64,000 nucleotides of DNA from IMG/VR virus record IMGVR_UViG_3300027974_000021; one strand, written 5' to 3'. A model generated the notes under the pieces. That model was not told the origin of the DNA. It saw only the letters and a program-made list of their open reading frames with translations, and made no database searches. This stretch comes from a virus. Shown piece by piece: positions 29,352 through 38,917 of this stretch. Positions within the stretch are counted from its first letter, which is position 1, and every line of letters starts with the position of its first letter. A program made the position numbers and the translations under genes.

Positions 29352-30574
29352 AACAATTTAATGAATACCTTGTAGAATCAGTTAATGCTCATATGGAGCA
29401 TTTAGAAGACTTAGTCTTTAATGAAGGATTATCAGGCACTAAAAAAGCTATTAATTTCCTTTATGATTTAAGAAAAATGCTTCAAGGTAAGTCTACAAGT
29501 AAATTAAAGACCACAGTTAAATGGGATGGTGCTCCTGCTATTTTCGTAGGAATAGATCCTAAAGATAAAAAGTTTTTCGTTTCAACTAAGTCTATTTTTA
29601 ATGCAACACCAAAAGTATATAAATCTGTGAAAGAAATACAACAAGGTGAAGAGAATAAAGATTTAAGTAATAAACTTATTACAGCATTTGAAGAATTTTC
29701 TAAAGTAGTTAAGTCAGGCATTTATCAAGGTGATATAATGTTCACAAAAGATACTTTAAAGAAAACTTCAATTGAAGGTGAAAGTTATATTACATTTCAT
29801 CCAAATACAATTGTATATGCGATACCTGCAAATACAGCATTAGCAAATACTATATCAAAGGCAAATATAGGTGTAGTATTTCATACAACTTATAAAGGAT
29901 CTTTAGGTAAGCTTACAGCTGAGTTTGGACAATCAATTGTAGATAGATTTAAAAAGTCATCAACTATATGGGTGGATGATGCAACTTATAAAGATGTATC
30001 AGGATCTGCTACATTTACTAAAGCTGAATTATCAAATTTAGATGCATTGCTTGAGAGAGTAGAGAAACTTTTTTCTAAAATCAATAATAAAGTTATAACA
30101 GATATTCAAGCTGATAAAGAATTACTTGAACTAATTAAAATATATAATAATTCTAAAATTAAAGAGGGTGAAAAAATAACAAACGTAAAAGCACATGTTG
30201 CTGGTTTATTTCATTTTATACACGATCGTTATCAAGCAGAAATAGATAGTAAGAAAACAGATAAAGCAAAAGATAGATACAAGGCTGAAAGAGAAAAAGT
30301 TTTAAAGTACTTTTCAGCTCATAAACAAGAAGACATTATAGGAGTATTTGATCTTACAAATGCTATTGCCGATGCTAAAAAGATTATTATAGCTAAGATG
30401 AATGAAGCATCAGAAATAGGTACTTTTTTAAGAACAGATAAAGGGTTTGTTCCAACAGGAGTAGAGGGTTTTGTAGCTATTGATAAAGTAGGAAATGCTA
30501 TAAAAATCGTTGATAGACTTGAGTTTTCACGTGCTAATTTTTCACCAGATATATTAAAAGGTTGGCAAAGATAA
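29348..30574 (+). CDS. Ligase-fold nucleotidyltransferase-like protein, probably virion-packaged
   Basis: TVKWDG (motif I), QGDIMF (III), EGFVAID (IV), IKIVDR (V); N-terminus MKQFNEYLVE resembles a capsid-targeting sequence. Confidence 0.65.
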   Translation: MKQFNEYLVESVNAHMEHLEDLVFNEGLSGTKKAINFLYDLRKMLQGKSTSKLKTTVKWDGAPAIFVGIDPKDKKFFVSTKSIFNATPKVYKSVKEIQQGEENKDLSNKLITAFEEFSKVVKSGIYQGDIMFTKDTLKKTSIEGESYITFHPNTIVYAIPANTALANTISKANIGVVFHTTYKGSLGKLTAEFGQSIVDRFKKSSTIWVDDATYKDVSGSATFTKAELSNLDALLERVEKLFSKINNKVITDIQADKELLELIKIYNNSKIKEGEKITNVKAHVAGLFHFIHDRYQAEIDSKKTDKAKDRYKAEREKVLKYFSAHKQEDIIGVFDLTNAIADAKKIIIAKMNEASEIGTFLRTDKGFVPTGVEGFVAIDKVGNAIKIVDRLEFSRANFSPDILKGWQR

Positions 30575-30624
30575 ACACTAAAACTACTAAATATAGCATA
30601 TAATACGGATGGATAACTTGAAAC

Positions 30625-32931
30625 ATGAAGACAATAAAACAACTATTATCGGAATTACCGAACAAATCTCTTATATTTGCATTCGGTCGCTTTAACCCAC
30701 CAACAGTTGGGCACGAACTTTTGATCTCAAAAGTTGAAGCACTTTCAAAGAAAACATCAATCCCATATCGTATTTACACAACAGCTACTCAAGACAAAAA
30801 GAGTAATCCATTATCTCAAAAAGATAAAATTAAGTATATGGAAAAGTCTTTTCGTAATGCTCATATCTATGCTGCGAAAGGAAACATTATACAATTATTA
30901 CAAAGTTTTGAGAAAGAAGGAATTAAAGAAATTCATTTAGTTGTTGGTAGTGATAGAACAAAAGAATTTGAATCTCTTTTAAACAAGTATAATGAAAGAG
31001 AGTATAACTTTAGTAAAATAGAAATTCATTCAGCAGGAGAAAGAGACCCTGATAGTGATGATGCTGATGGTATGTCAGCAAGTAAGATGAGAAGTGCAGC
31101 ATCTAAAGGAGATTATAAATCTTTTGAAAAAGGTGTCACTAAAAAACTTACAGACATTGATACTAAAAAAATGTATAATGATGTTCGTAAGGGACTGGGT
31201 TTAAAAACAGAATCTTTTGAAATTAATATTTCAAATAATCAAAACGAATTAAGAGAAAAATATTTTAAAGGTGAAATATTTAAAGTAGGAACAACAGTTA
31301 AAGACGATAAAGGAGTGTACGAAATTATGGACAGAGGAACAAACTATATAACAGTTATAAACGAAAATGGAGAGTTAAGCAAGAAATGGCTTGATTCAGT
31401 AAAGGAAGTTATTACAGATATGAATTATAAAAACGAAGCTAAAGACGAACATCAAATTTCTTATAAAGGATTTACAACTTCTAATTTTGAAATTGTTCCT
31501 GAACTAAAACCAATTATTGAATCAGTAATTTCATCTGAAACAGATTCAGTAGCAATTATTAATGCACTCAAATCAATTGATGAATCACTAAAATTTTATA
31601 AACAAAATAAAGATATATTTCAAGTTCCTTTAATGAAAGGGATAGATGCTTTAAATAATATAGATCATGCAGTGTCAGGTATAGTTGCTGATTTAGTTTT
31701 AAAACTTCCAAAAGGTACATTTAAAGAAACATCAATCACTGAAGCATCTGATAATCCATTTAACTTCACATCAGCTGATAAAATTAAAATAGCAAGAATT
31801 ATAGCTGGTGCTTTAGGAATAGATAATCCTGAGAAAATGTCTAGCCCTGAACAATTAATTAATCTAGGATTAAGAAAATTAAGAACAAAAAGAATTACAC
31901 CTGAATTATCTGATGTAGTAAATCAAATGTTAAAAACAGCAGATATGTTAGATGTTAAGTATGATAAAAAATTATTACCACAAGCAATGCAAGAAGCAAC
32001 TGGTGATAAACAAGAAAGAATTACAACATTAAAAGACAGAGTGTCAGCTCTTTTAGCAAAATTAGGTAAAATTAATCCTGCTGATGAGGATGCTAAAACT
32101 CAAATGGCAATTATTAAATCTGATATAGCAACAGCTAGATTAAGATTACAAGGATTACAAAGTAAAGAAGCTGTAGATGTACTGGGACCATTGGGTTCTA
32201 TAGATATACAAAATGATCCAATTACACCAGCGATTATGCCATCTTTTATGAAGTTTGGCGAAGAAGTAGAAAATTTAAAAGAAATGAATAAGTACACTGT
32301 CAAAACAGTTGTAAAAGATCCAGCAACAATGGCAGGTGGTGAGAAAAGTGAGAATAAAGAATTATCAAGAGTTGTTTTCGCTAAGACACCAGATGATGCA
32401 AAAGAAAAAGTTAAAAAAGTATTAAAGACTACTGGATATTCAGTTTTATCTCAACAAATAATTAAAACTGAAACAGTAAAAGAAGAAGAGTTAAAAGAAG
32501 CAGGTGCAGGTCTTTGGGCAAACATACAAGCGAGACGTGAAAAAGGATTAAGACCAAAACGTCCAGGAGAAGAAGGATATCCTAAAACTTTAGACATTGA
32601 ATCAAAAGAAAATGAAAAAGATGAAGAAGAAAAAGAATTAAAAGAAAAAGATAAAAATGATCCATGTTGGGTAGGTTATAAACAAGTTGGAATGAAAAAG
32701 AAAGATGGAAAAGAAGTTCCAAATTGTGTACCTGAGTCAACTAAATTAGAATCTGTTTTAACTTTAATACGAAGAATTAAAGAACAAAAAAAGACTATGT
32801 TAGTTGCACGACCAAATAATTTAATGAAAGCAGGACAAGAGAGAGTAGTAAGAATTCCTGTAAGTAAGTGGCAAGACTATCGTAAAAAAGGATTTATACA
32901 AGCAGAGGAAAAAGATAATGAAAACTCTTAA
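30625..32931 (+). CDS. Cytidylyltransferase-like (HIGH/HUP) domain polyprotein, probably virion-packaged
   Basis: FGRFNPPTVGH, VVGSDR, AGERDPD, MSASKMR; MKTIKQLLSE leader; appended modules such as DPCWVGYKQVGMKKKDGKEVPNCVPE. Confidence 0.8.
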   Translation: MKTIKQLLSELPNKSLIFAFGRFNPPTVGHELLISKVEALSKKTSIPYRIYTTATQDKKSNPLSQKDKIKYMEKSFRNAHIYAAKGNIIQLLQSFEKEGIKEIHLVVGSDRTKEFESLLNKYNEREYNFSKIEIHSAGERDPDSDDADGMSASKMRSAASKGDYKSFEKGVTKKLTDIDTKKMYNDVRKGLGLKTESFEINISNNQNELREKYFKGEIFKVGTTVKDDKGVYEIMDRGTNYITVINENGELSKKWLDSVKEVITDMNYKNEAKDEHQISYKGFTTSNFEIVPELKPIIESVISSETDSVAIINALKSIDESLKFYKQNKDIFQVPLMKGIDALNNIDHAVSGIVADLVLKLPKGTFKETSITEASDNPFNFTSADKIKIARIIAGALGIDNPEKMSSPEQLINLGLRKLRTKRITPELSDVVNQMLKTADMLDVKYDKKLLPQAMQEATGDKQERITTLKDRVSALLAKLGKINPADEDAKTQMAIIKSDIATARLRLQGLQSKEAVDVLGPLGSIDIQNDPITPAIMPSFMKFGEEVENLKEMNKYTVKTVVKDPATMAGGEKSENKELSRVVFAKTPDDAKEKVKKVLKTTGYSVLSQQIIKTETVKEEELKEAGAGLWANIQARREKGLRPKRPGEEGYPKTLDIESKENEKDEEEKELKEKDKNDPCWVGYKQVGMKKKDGKEVPNCVPESTKLESVLTLIRRIKEQKKTMLVARPNNLMKAGQERVVRIPVSKWQDYRKKGFIQAEEKDNENS

Positions 32932-33217
32932 AGACTTTTTAACAGAACAAAAGCAAGAACTACCAAAACCATTTATTGAACAAATAAAAAAGTACACGTA
33001 TCATAACGATCACTTTAAAGCAAGAGCATATATTGCTACATTAATGGGAAATAAAAGACTTGCTAAATTATATGATTCACTAGAAAAACTACATGATGAA
33101 TATTATAGTTATTTTGGAAATGATGTAATTGATCTTCGATCAAAAATTGAAGTAAATTTAAAAAATGATATAAAAAATTATTATTCCAATTGGGAAGAAG
33201 TAATTAAAGCATTATAA
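32918..33217 (+). CDS. Probable internal head protein
   Basis: MKTLKDFLTE leader resembling the T4 internal-protein capsid-targeting sequence. Confidence 0.6.
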   Translation: MKTLKDFLTEQKQELPKPFIEQIKKYTYHNDHFKARAYIATLMGNKRLAKLYDSLEKLHDEYYSYFGNDVIDLRSKIEVNLKNDIKNYYSNWEEVIKAL

Positions 33218-33231
33218 AAAAGGAAACAAAA

Positions 33232-33867
33232 ATGAAACACAATTTAGCTGTGTTTACATTATGTTTTGTTATCGGCTTATTTGCCTTGAATCGAGTGTCT
33301 TTGGCACAAACACAAACAAATACGAGTGGAAGTAATACTGCTATTACAGGTGGTTATTCTTCAACATCTAATTCAACTTTTCAATCAGGTTCATCAAGCA
33401 ACACTACATCGACAACGTCGAATACAACAAATGCATATAGTGGTGATACAAGAGTGACTGCTCCAGCAAATGCTCCGAGTATGTCAGCTTATTCACAAGA
33501 CTTATGTTTAGTGGGTTATTCTGCTGGTGTATCTACATTTGGTTTAGGTGTCACTGGTGGATCTTATTCATCAGATTTAAATTGCGAAAGAATTAAACTT
33601 TCTAAAGTATTAAATGATTTAGGAATGAAAGTGGCAGCAGTTTCTATACTATGTCAAGATCCTAGAGTATTTTTTGCGATGGAACAATCTGGAACTCCTT
33701 GTCCATTTGAAGGAAAGATTGGTGCTGAAGCGAATGCAGCATGGTTAAAATATGACAAGTTAAGACCAGACTATAATCAGTATGTTGATAAGCTTGTTGT
33801 AATTGAAAATGCACGTAAAGAAGAAGAACTTAAGAAGTTAAATGGAGGAACTACTGAAAAAAAGTAG
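33232..33867 (+). CDS. Secreted Cys-containing protein of unknown function
   Basis: Signal peptide, S/T-rich region, SQDLC...NCERIKLS...CQDPRV...TPCP. Confidence 0.8.
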   Translation: MKHNLAVFTLCFVIGLFALNRVSLAQTQTNTSGSNTAITGGYSSTSNSTFQSGSSSNTTSTTSNTTNAYSGDTRVTAPANAPSMSAYSQDLCLVGYSAGVSTFGLGVTGGSYSSDLNCERIKLSKVLNDLGMKVAAVSILCQDPRVFFAMEQSGTPCPFEGKIGAEANAAWLKYDKLRPDYNQYVDKLVVIENARKEEELKKLNGGTTEKK

Positions 33868-34009
33868 TTTCCAACATTGCTGATAATAATGCAAGTACGA
33901 GCGATAACGATGATAATTCAACAAAAGGAGAATTCTCATGGCGATACTTATTGTTATTATTATTATTTGTTGGGGTGCTTATTTAACATTTTTTAAGAAG
34001 AAGTAAGCT

Positions 34010-34270
34010 ATGCCTAGAAAAAGAAAAAGGCAAAGACTTTCAGCTTTAGAAAAATTAAAAAAGAAAGCACCTAAGATACCAGACTTTACTTGTCCTGATA
34101 TAGACCATTTAATTAATTATGTGGAAGATCTTGATATACTTAAACGTGGACAATTAACTTATTTTAAACGACGTATGGAAGCTTTAAGAAGTGCCAACGA
34201 TGGTTTAAGAGATAGTGGTATATATTGGTATGATAGAATGAAAGAACATTTAAACGAAGATGAAAAATAA
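34010..34270 (+). CDS. Hypothetical protein
   Basis: 86-aa basic ORF, KAPKIPDFTCPDID. Confidence 0.65.
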   Translation: MPRKRKRQRLSALEKLKKKAPKIPDFTCPDIDHLINYVEDLDILKRGQLTYFKRRMEALRSANDGLRDSGIYWYDRMKEHLNEDEK

Positions 34271-36071
34271 ATTATTAAAAACTGATTACAAAAAACTAAG
34301 GATATCTTTATTCTTAGTATCGTTATTGTCATGTCTTTTTATTAATACAGCATACTCACAAACATCTACAACTACTGTGACAGTAAATGGTAATACAACC
34401 ACAACTACAGTGACAACTAATACACCAGTTAGTTCCACTGTAGTTCCAAATACTCCAAATTTTGGTGACATAACAACTAATTCTACAGTGTCACAACAAA
34501 CTCAAACAACAGTTGCAGAAGCAAATAAAAATTCTGGAAACTTATTTTCAGGAACTAATTTCTGTAATGGTGGATGGACTGGTACACAAATTACAAATAG
34601 TCCATCAGGACAGACTAGCGATTTAGGTTGTAATTATTTAACAGGTAAGGGTCAGTCAACTTATGCTGAAAATAGTTTAATACTTACAGATAAAGGAATA
34701 TCTAAAATAGAACAAAATTTAGGATTTACTCAATCAGCATCAGCATATACTCATCATTTCTGGAATTGGGAAACTAATGTCAATATGTCCCATTCAGTAA
34801 TTAATAATGATACTGGTGGAACAATTACACAAAATAGAGTAATATCAGGAAATAGAAGTATTAATAATGGTAATCCAGGAATAAAAAGTTTAGATAATAT
34901 TAGTATTGGAGCAAATAGTGCGTCAGGATATACATCTAAGATAAGATTTGATTTATGGACACCGCAATATAACGGAACTTGGGTGGGTGTTGATATTTCT
35001 CAACCTAATTTAAACATTACATATACAGGTTTAACAATCACAGTATCAGTTCCTGTGATAACAAGCATAACTACAGTCGAAACTTGTCAATCATTAGGCA
35101 CTTGTTATGTACCAGCAGTTATTGAATTGCCTACATTTTTAGCTCCAACAACAGGTGGTACAACAACAGAATTAATTACTGAAGAAAAAATTAAAGAAAT
35201 ATTTAAAGAAGAATTTATTAAAGTAGGTCTAACTGCAACAGATATTGGTATGACTAATTTAGATTATAAAGAAATGGCTACTCAAATAAACACAACAGCT
35301 ATGGCTGATATGAAAGAAGCAAACCCATCTATTTTTGGACCAGCAACAGATGTTGGTGTAGGTGGAAAAAGTGTTGGAACTACAACAGAACCAGCACCAA
35401 TTATATCATCACCAATTACATCATCAACTTCGACAATGAATACAACAAGTGACGATAAACCTACAATAAAGGAATCATCAAATGTCAGTTCAAACTCAGA
35501 AACAACTACAAAAACGTCAAGCGAAACAACTACAAAAACGTCAAGCACGACAACTGAAAAAACAGAAACTTCTACAGCTAAGTCTACTCCAAGCGAAAAT
35601 ACGAAAACAGAAGGATCGTCGTCAAAGACGTCATCATCTGAAAATGTATCGAATGAAAAGGGAAGCACTACTGCGTCAGGGTCTATTAATACCAGCAATG
35701 CTACTCCAAAAGATGAAAAAATCAGCGTAAGTGTAAAAGCTGCAGTTGACAAAGTTGAAAGAGAATTAAAAAGTATAGGTGATAAAACAAAAGCAATACA
35801 AGAAATTAAAATTGATGGGATTAAAGCAGGTGCTCCAAATTTAGGAACTTATGAGAATCGTGCTTTTTACGAACCTAAATATTATAATGGAGTACCAAAT
35901 CCAGATTTTTATTTACAAGCTGATATAGCACAAAAGCCAGTTTATGCAAATGTGACGTTAGCAGCATATACAAATAATGATCCAATTGGAAAACAACAAG
36001 CAGCAATGCAAGAAATTCAAGATGAAATGAATGATATAATTATTCAACTTGAACAACTAAAAAGGAAATAA
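34260..36071 (+). CDS. Large secreted S/T-rich protein
   Basis: Signal peptide, beta-rich domain, low-complexity linker, C-terminal coiled coil. Confidence 0.8.
   Translation: MKNKLLKTDYKKLRISLFLVSLLSCLFINTAYSQTSTTTVTVNGNTTTTTVTTNTPVSSTVVPNTPNFGDITTNSTVSQQTQTTVAEANKNSGNLFSGTNFCNGGWTGTQITNSPSGQTSDLGCNYLTGKGQSTYAENSLILTDKGISKIEQNLGFTQSASAYTHHFWNWETNVNMSHSVINNDTGGTITQNRVISGNRSINNGNPGIKSLDNISIGANSASGYTSKIRFDLWTPQYNGTWVGVDISQPNLNITYTGLTITVSVPVITSITTVETCQSLGTCYVPAVIELPTFLAPTTGGTTTELITEEKIKEIFKEEFIKVGLTATDIGMTNLDYKEMATQINTTAMADMKEANPSIFGPATDVGVGGKSVGTTTEPAPIISSPITSSTSTMNTTSDDKPTIKESSNVSSNSETTTKTSSETTTKTSSTTTEKTETSTAKSTPSENTKTEGSSSKTSSSENVSNEKGSTTASGSINTSNATPKDEKISVSVKAAVDKVERELKSIGDKTKAIQEIKIDGIKAGAPNLGTYENRAFYEPKYYNGVPNPDFYLQADIAQKPVYANVTLAAYTNNDPIGKQQAAMQEIQDEMNDIIIQLEQLKRK
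35499..35546 (+). repeat. Perfect 24-bp tandem duplication (ETTTKTSS x2)
   Basis: GAAACAACTACAAAAACGTCAAGC x2 followed by a degenerate third copy. Confidence 0.9.
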
Positions 36072-36074
36072 ACA

Positions 36075-36311
36075 ATGATAGATAAAATAAAAGCAAATTT
36101 AAAAGAGATAATCGCTACAGTAGCAATTATTGGTACAATCGGTGGTGGTTTTATCAAGTATGGTGAAATCATGAGTAAGATTGATAGCATTGATCCAGCA
36201 AAAGCAAGCGAGATGAGAAAAGAATTTGCTGTTCTACAAAAAGAAGTAGATTTAATTAAAGTGCAAATTAAAGAATTACGACAATTAAATTCTAATCCAT
36301 TAGCAAGATAA
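36075..36311 (+). CDS. Small TM + coiled-coil protein
   Basis: IIATVAIIGTIGGGF, heptads, ends NPLAR. Confidence 0.7.
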   Translation: MIDKIKANLKEIIATVAIIGTIGGGFIKYGEIMSKIDSIDPAKASEMRKEFAVLQKEVDLIKVQIKELRQLNSNPLAR

Positions 36312-36429
36312 TTAAAGACTTTATATTATATAACAATCTTTAACTAAGGAGAGTTATGCTAATTACAATCGGAATGGTTATATTCATTCTCATTATAGCG
36401 TATATAATAATAAGTCAAGATTAAAAAAT

Positions 36430-36675
36430 ATGAAAATAATATTAAACAAAATCGGAATACAACTAAAAATACTTTTCTTTATGTCAGCATTTATTAGTTT
36501 ATTTTATGTAGGATTACTCCTTGGAGAGTATCGTGCATTAAGAGATTATTGTTTAGTAGAAAATAAAAAATGTGATATTTCTTCTGTTGTAGAAAAAGGA
36601 TCTTTTATTACTTTTAGAAATTCTTCATCTACAACAGACAATATAAAAAAACATTTTAACAACTCGAAAAATTAA
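36430..36675 (+). CDS. Small membrane protein
   Basis: One hydrophobic segment. Confidence 0.5.
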   Translation: MKIILNKIGIQLKILFFMSAFISLFYVGLLLGEYRALRDYCLVENKKCDISSVVEKGSFITFRNSSSTTDNIKKHFNNSKN

Positions 36676-38268
36676 ATGACACCAGTAGATAAAACTAAAA
36701 AAGATAATTTGGCTAGAGGAATTCTTACATACAAAGATTTTAAAAGATTATTAGATATACAGAATTTACAAGGCACTCAAGCATTCGCTCAAAATACTCA
36801 AGCAACAATTGATGAAATTGATGAAGGAATGTTTAAAAATATGGCAATTGACTTACAAGATTTGTCAGCTGATGATTTTTATAATAAGTATAAAATGACG
36901 AAAGCAGAAGCAATGCGTAAGTATGGTAAAAGCGAATCTGTTATCGATATTCCACAAAAAACTTATTCAAAGTTAGTTTTTGATAATGCTGATACAGAAG
37001 AACCAAAATTAAAAGAGTCAGTAAGAAAAATTATATTAGATCAAATAGAAGAATTTAAAAAGAAAGCACCAGTTATAAAATTTAGTTTAATTGGTTCAAT
37101 ACTTACTAAACAATATAGAGATGATGCTGATTTAGATGTTAATGTTCTTTTTGATGTTCCAGAAAATCAAAGAGATGAAAAGAGATTAGAAATTGCTAAA
37201 TCATTAAGAGATATAAATGGCAAAACAGTTCCAGGAACTAATCATCCTATTAATTACTTTGTATTAACAGATCCAAAATTAAAAGAAAGAAATGATAATT
37301 TAAGTGATGGTATTTTTGATATTGCGAAAAATGAATTTATTAAAAAACCAGTAGAATTTAAATTTAATCCTGAGAAATACGCAAAAGATTTTGAAGACAA
37401 AGTAAAAAGATTAGATGTTGTTAAAGGTGAATTAGAAAGAGACATAGTTGATTATCAAGATTTAAAACGTTTAGATCCAGACAATGTTGAAAACTTAAAA
37501 GGAATCGTTTCGAAGAAGATTGGTGAAATTATGTCAGGTATTAAAGCATTAGTAGATGCTGGCGATCAAACTATGAAAGATCGTAAAGAAGTTTTTGATG
37601 CTGACTTGACACCAGATGAAATACGTGAGTATGGCAAGAAGAATGCTTTACCTAAAAATGTTATTTACAAAATGCTTGAGAAATATCATTACTTAACATT
37701 CTATAAAAAATTAAAAGAAATAATAAAAGATGGAGAAGTTTCTGACTCAGAAATAGCTTCAATAAAAGAATCAAACGATCCTTATGATTCTAAATTTGAT
37801 TTTGGTTTAGATGATTATGAAATGGATTCAATTATTCGTAAGTATGATAATGAAGATCCACTTGAAGATGACGATTATTTGGATATATACGATGATGAAG
37901 AATTAGAAGTTGTTGACGATGAAAACACTACTTATGATGTTCCTACAATTAAAGAAGTTCTTACAAGACCAGAACGTATTAAATCACGTATTCGTTTTGC
38001 AAGAACAAAAGGAAGAAGAAATGCTAAATTACGTCTTGCTTTAAAAAGAGCATCAACAATGGACGTAGTAAATAAAAGAGCAAGAAGACTTGCAATTAAT
38101 AAAATTAAAAAATTATTATTTAAAAAGTCACCAGCAAATATGTCAGTTGCTGAAAGAGAACGAGCAGAAAAACGTATAGCAGCATTACCAAAATCTTATA
38201 TTAATAATTTTGCTATGAAACTTGTTCCTGTTGTTCGTAAAATTGAAAGAACAAGATTAACAAAATAA
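36676..38268 (+). CDS. Multi-module protein with a Pol-beta-superfamily nucleotidyltransferase domain
   Basis: LIGSILTKQYRDDADLDVNV (GS...DxD), acidic linker, very basic C-terminal module. Confidence 0.7.
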   Translation: MTPVDKTKKDNLARGILTYKDFKRLLDIQNLQGTQAFAQNTQATIDEIDEGMFKNMAIDLQDLSADDFYNKYKMTKAEAMRKYGKSESVIDIPQKTYSKLVFDNADTEEPKLKESVRKIILDQIEEFKKKAPVIKFSLIGSILTKQYRDDADLDVNVLFDVPENQRDEKRLEIAKSLRDINGKTVPGTNHPINYFVLTDPKLKERNDNLSDGIFDIAKNEFIKKPVEFKFNPEKYAKDFEDKVKRLDVVKGELERDIVDYQDLKRLDPDNVENLKGIVSKKIGEIMSGIKALVDAGDQTMKDRKEVFDADLTPDEIREYGKKNALPKNVIYKMLEKYHYLTFYKKLKEIIKDGEVSDSEIASIKESNDPYDSKFDFGLDDYEMDSIIRKYDNEDPLEDDDYLDIYDDEELEVVDDENTTYDVPTIKEVLTRPERIKSRIRFARTKGRRNAKLRLALKRASTMDVVNKRARRLAINKIKKLLFKKSPANMSVAERERAEKRIAALPKSYINNFAMKLVPVVRKIERTRLTK

Positions 38269-38270
38269 TT

Positions 38271-38624
38271 ATGGTTAAAAAATTTAAAGATTTAAAAGAA
38301 GATATTATAGATTTAGTTTGTGAAACTAGATCATATGATGATTTAATACAAGAAGAATCTGAATATCAAGGTAAGGCTGTGACTTTAAATAAGCCATTTA
38401 GAACTTCTGGTGGACCAAAGAAATTTGCTGTATATGTTAAAAACAGTTCTGGTAATGTGGTTATAGTTAGATTTGGTGATCCTAAAATGGAAATTAAAAG
38501 AGACGATCCAGCAAGACGTAAAAGTTTTAGAGCAAGACATAATTGTGATACAGCTAATGACAAAACTACACCCAGATATTGGTCATGTTATCAATGGCGT
38601 GCAGGGTCAAAAGTAGAGGGATAA
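38271..38624 (+). CDS. Conserved basic protein, probably an internal head protein
   Basis: EYQGKAVTLNKPFR...VRFGD...RRKSFRARHNC...YWSC. Confidence 0.7.
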   Translation: MVKKFKDLKEDIIDLVCETRSYDDLIQEESEYQGKAVTLNKPFRTSGGPKKFAVYVKNSSGNVVIVRFGDPKMEIKRDDPARRKSFRARHNCDTANDKTTPRYWSCYQWRAGSKVEG

Positions 38625-38683
38625 ACTGTACTAAATAGAGTTTGAAGGCACATAATACAATATAATAACAATAAGGATATAAA

Positions 38684-38917
38684 ATGAGTGAAAATAAACA
38701 AGATAATACATCAGTGAAAGTACAAGAAGCTACAGTTGAGACTCCTAAAGTTGAAGCACAACCAGCAGCAGCACCAAAAGTAGAAGTACAAGCTGAAGTA
38801 AAAGCTGAAGTTAAGGTTGAAACACAACCAGCTGAAGTAAAAGTAGAAGCACCTAAAAATAGATTAATAGATGGTGCGGTAGACGCATTAAACAAAAAAT
38901 TAGATTTCAGAGTATAA
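38684..38917 (+). CDS. Low-complexity KVE/PA-repeat protein
   Basis: Repeated (P/V)KVE units; AAGGA RBS. Confidence 0.65.
   Translation: MSENKQDNTSVKVQEATVETPKVEAQPAAAPKVEVQAEVKAEVKVETQPAEVKVEAPKNRLIDGAVDALNKKLDFRV

Noticed and set aside
30625-31200. Complete NAD+ reconstitution pathway (NARP)
   Set aside because: Only a HIGH-type transferase domain is present; no Nampt/NadV or PRPP-synthetase-like partner in the window
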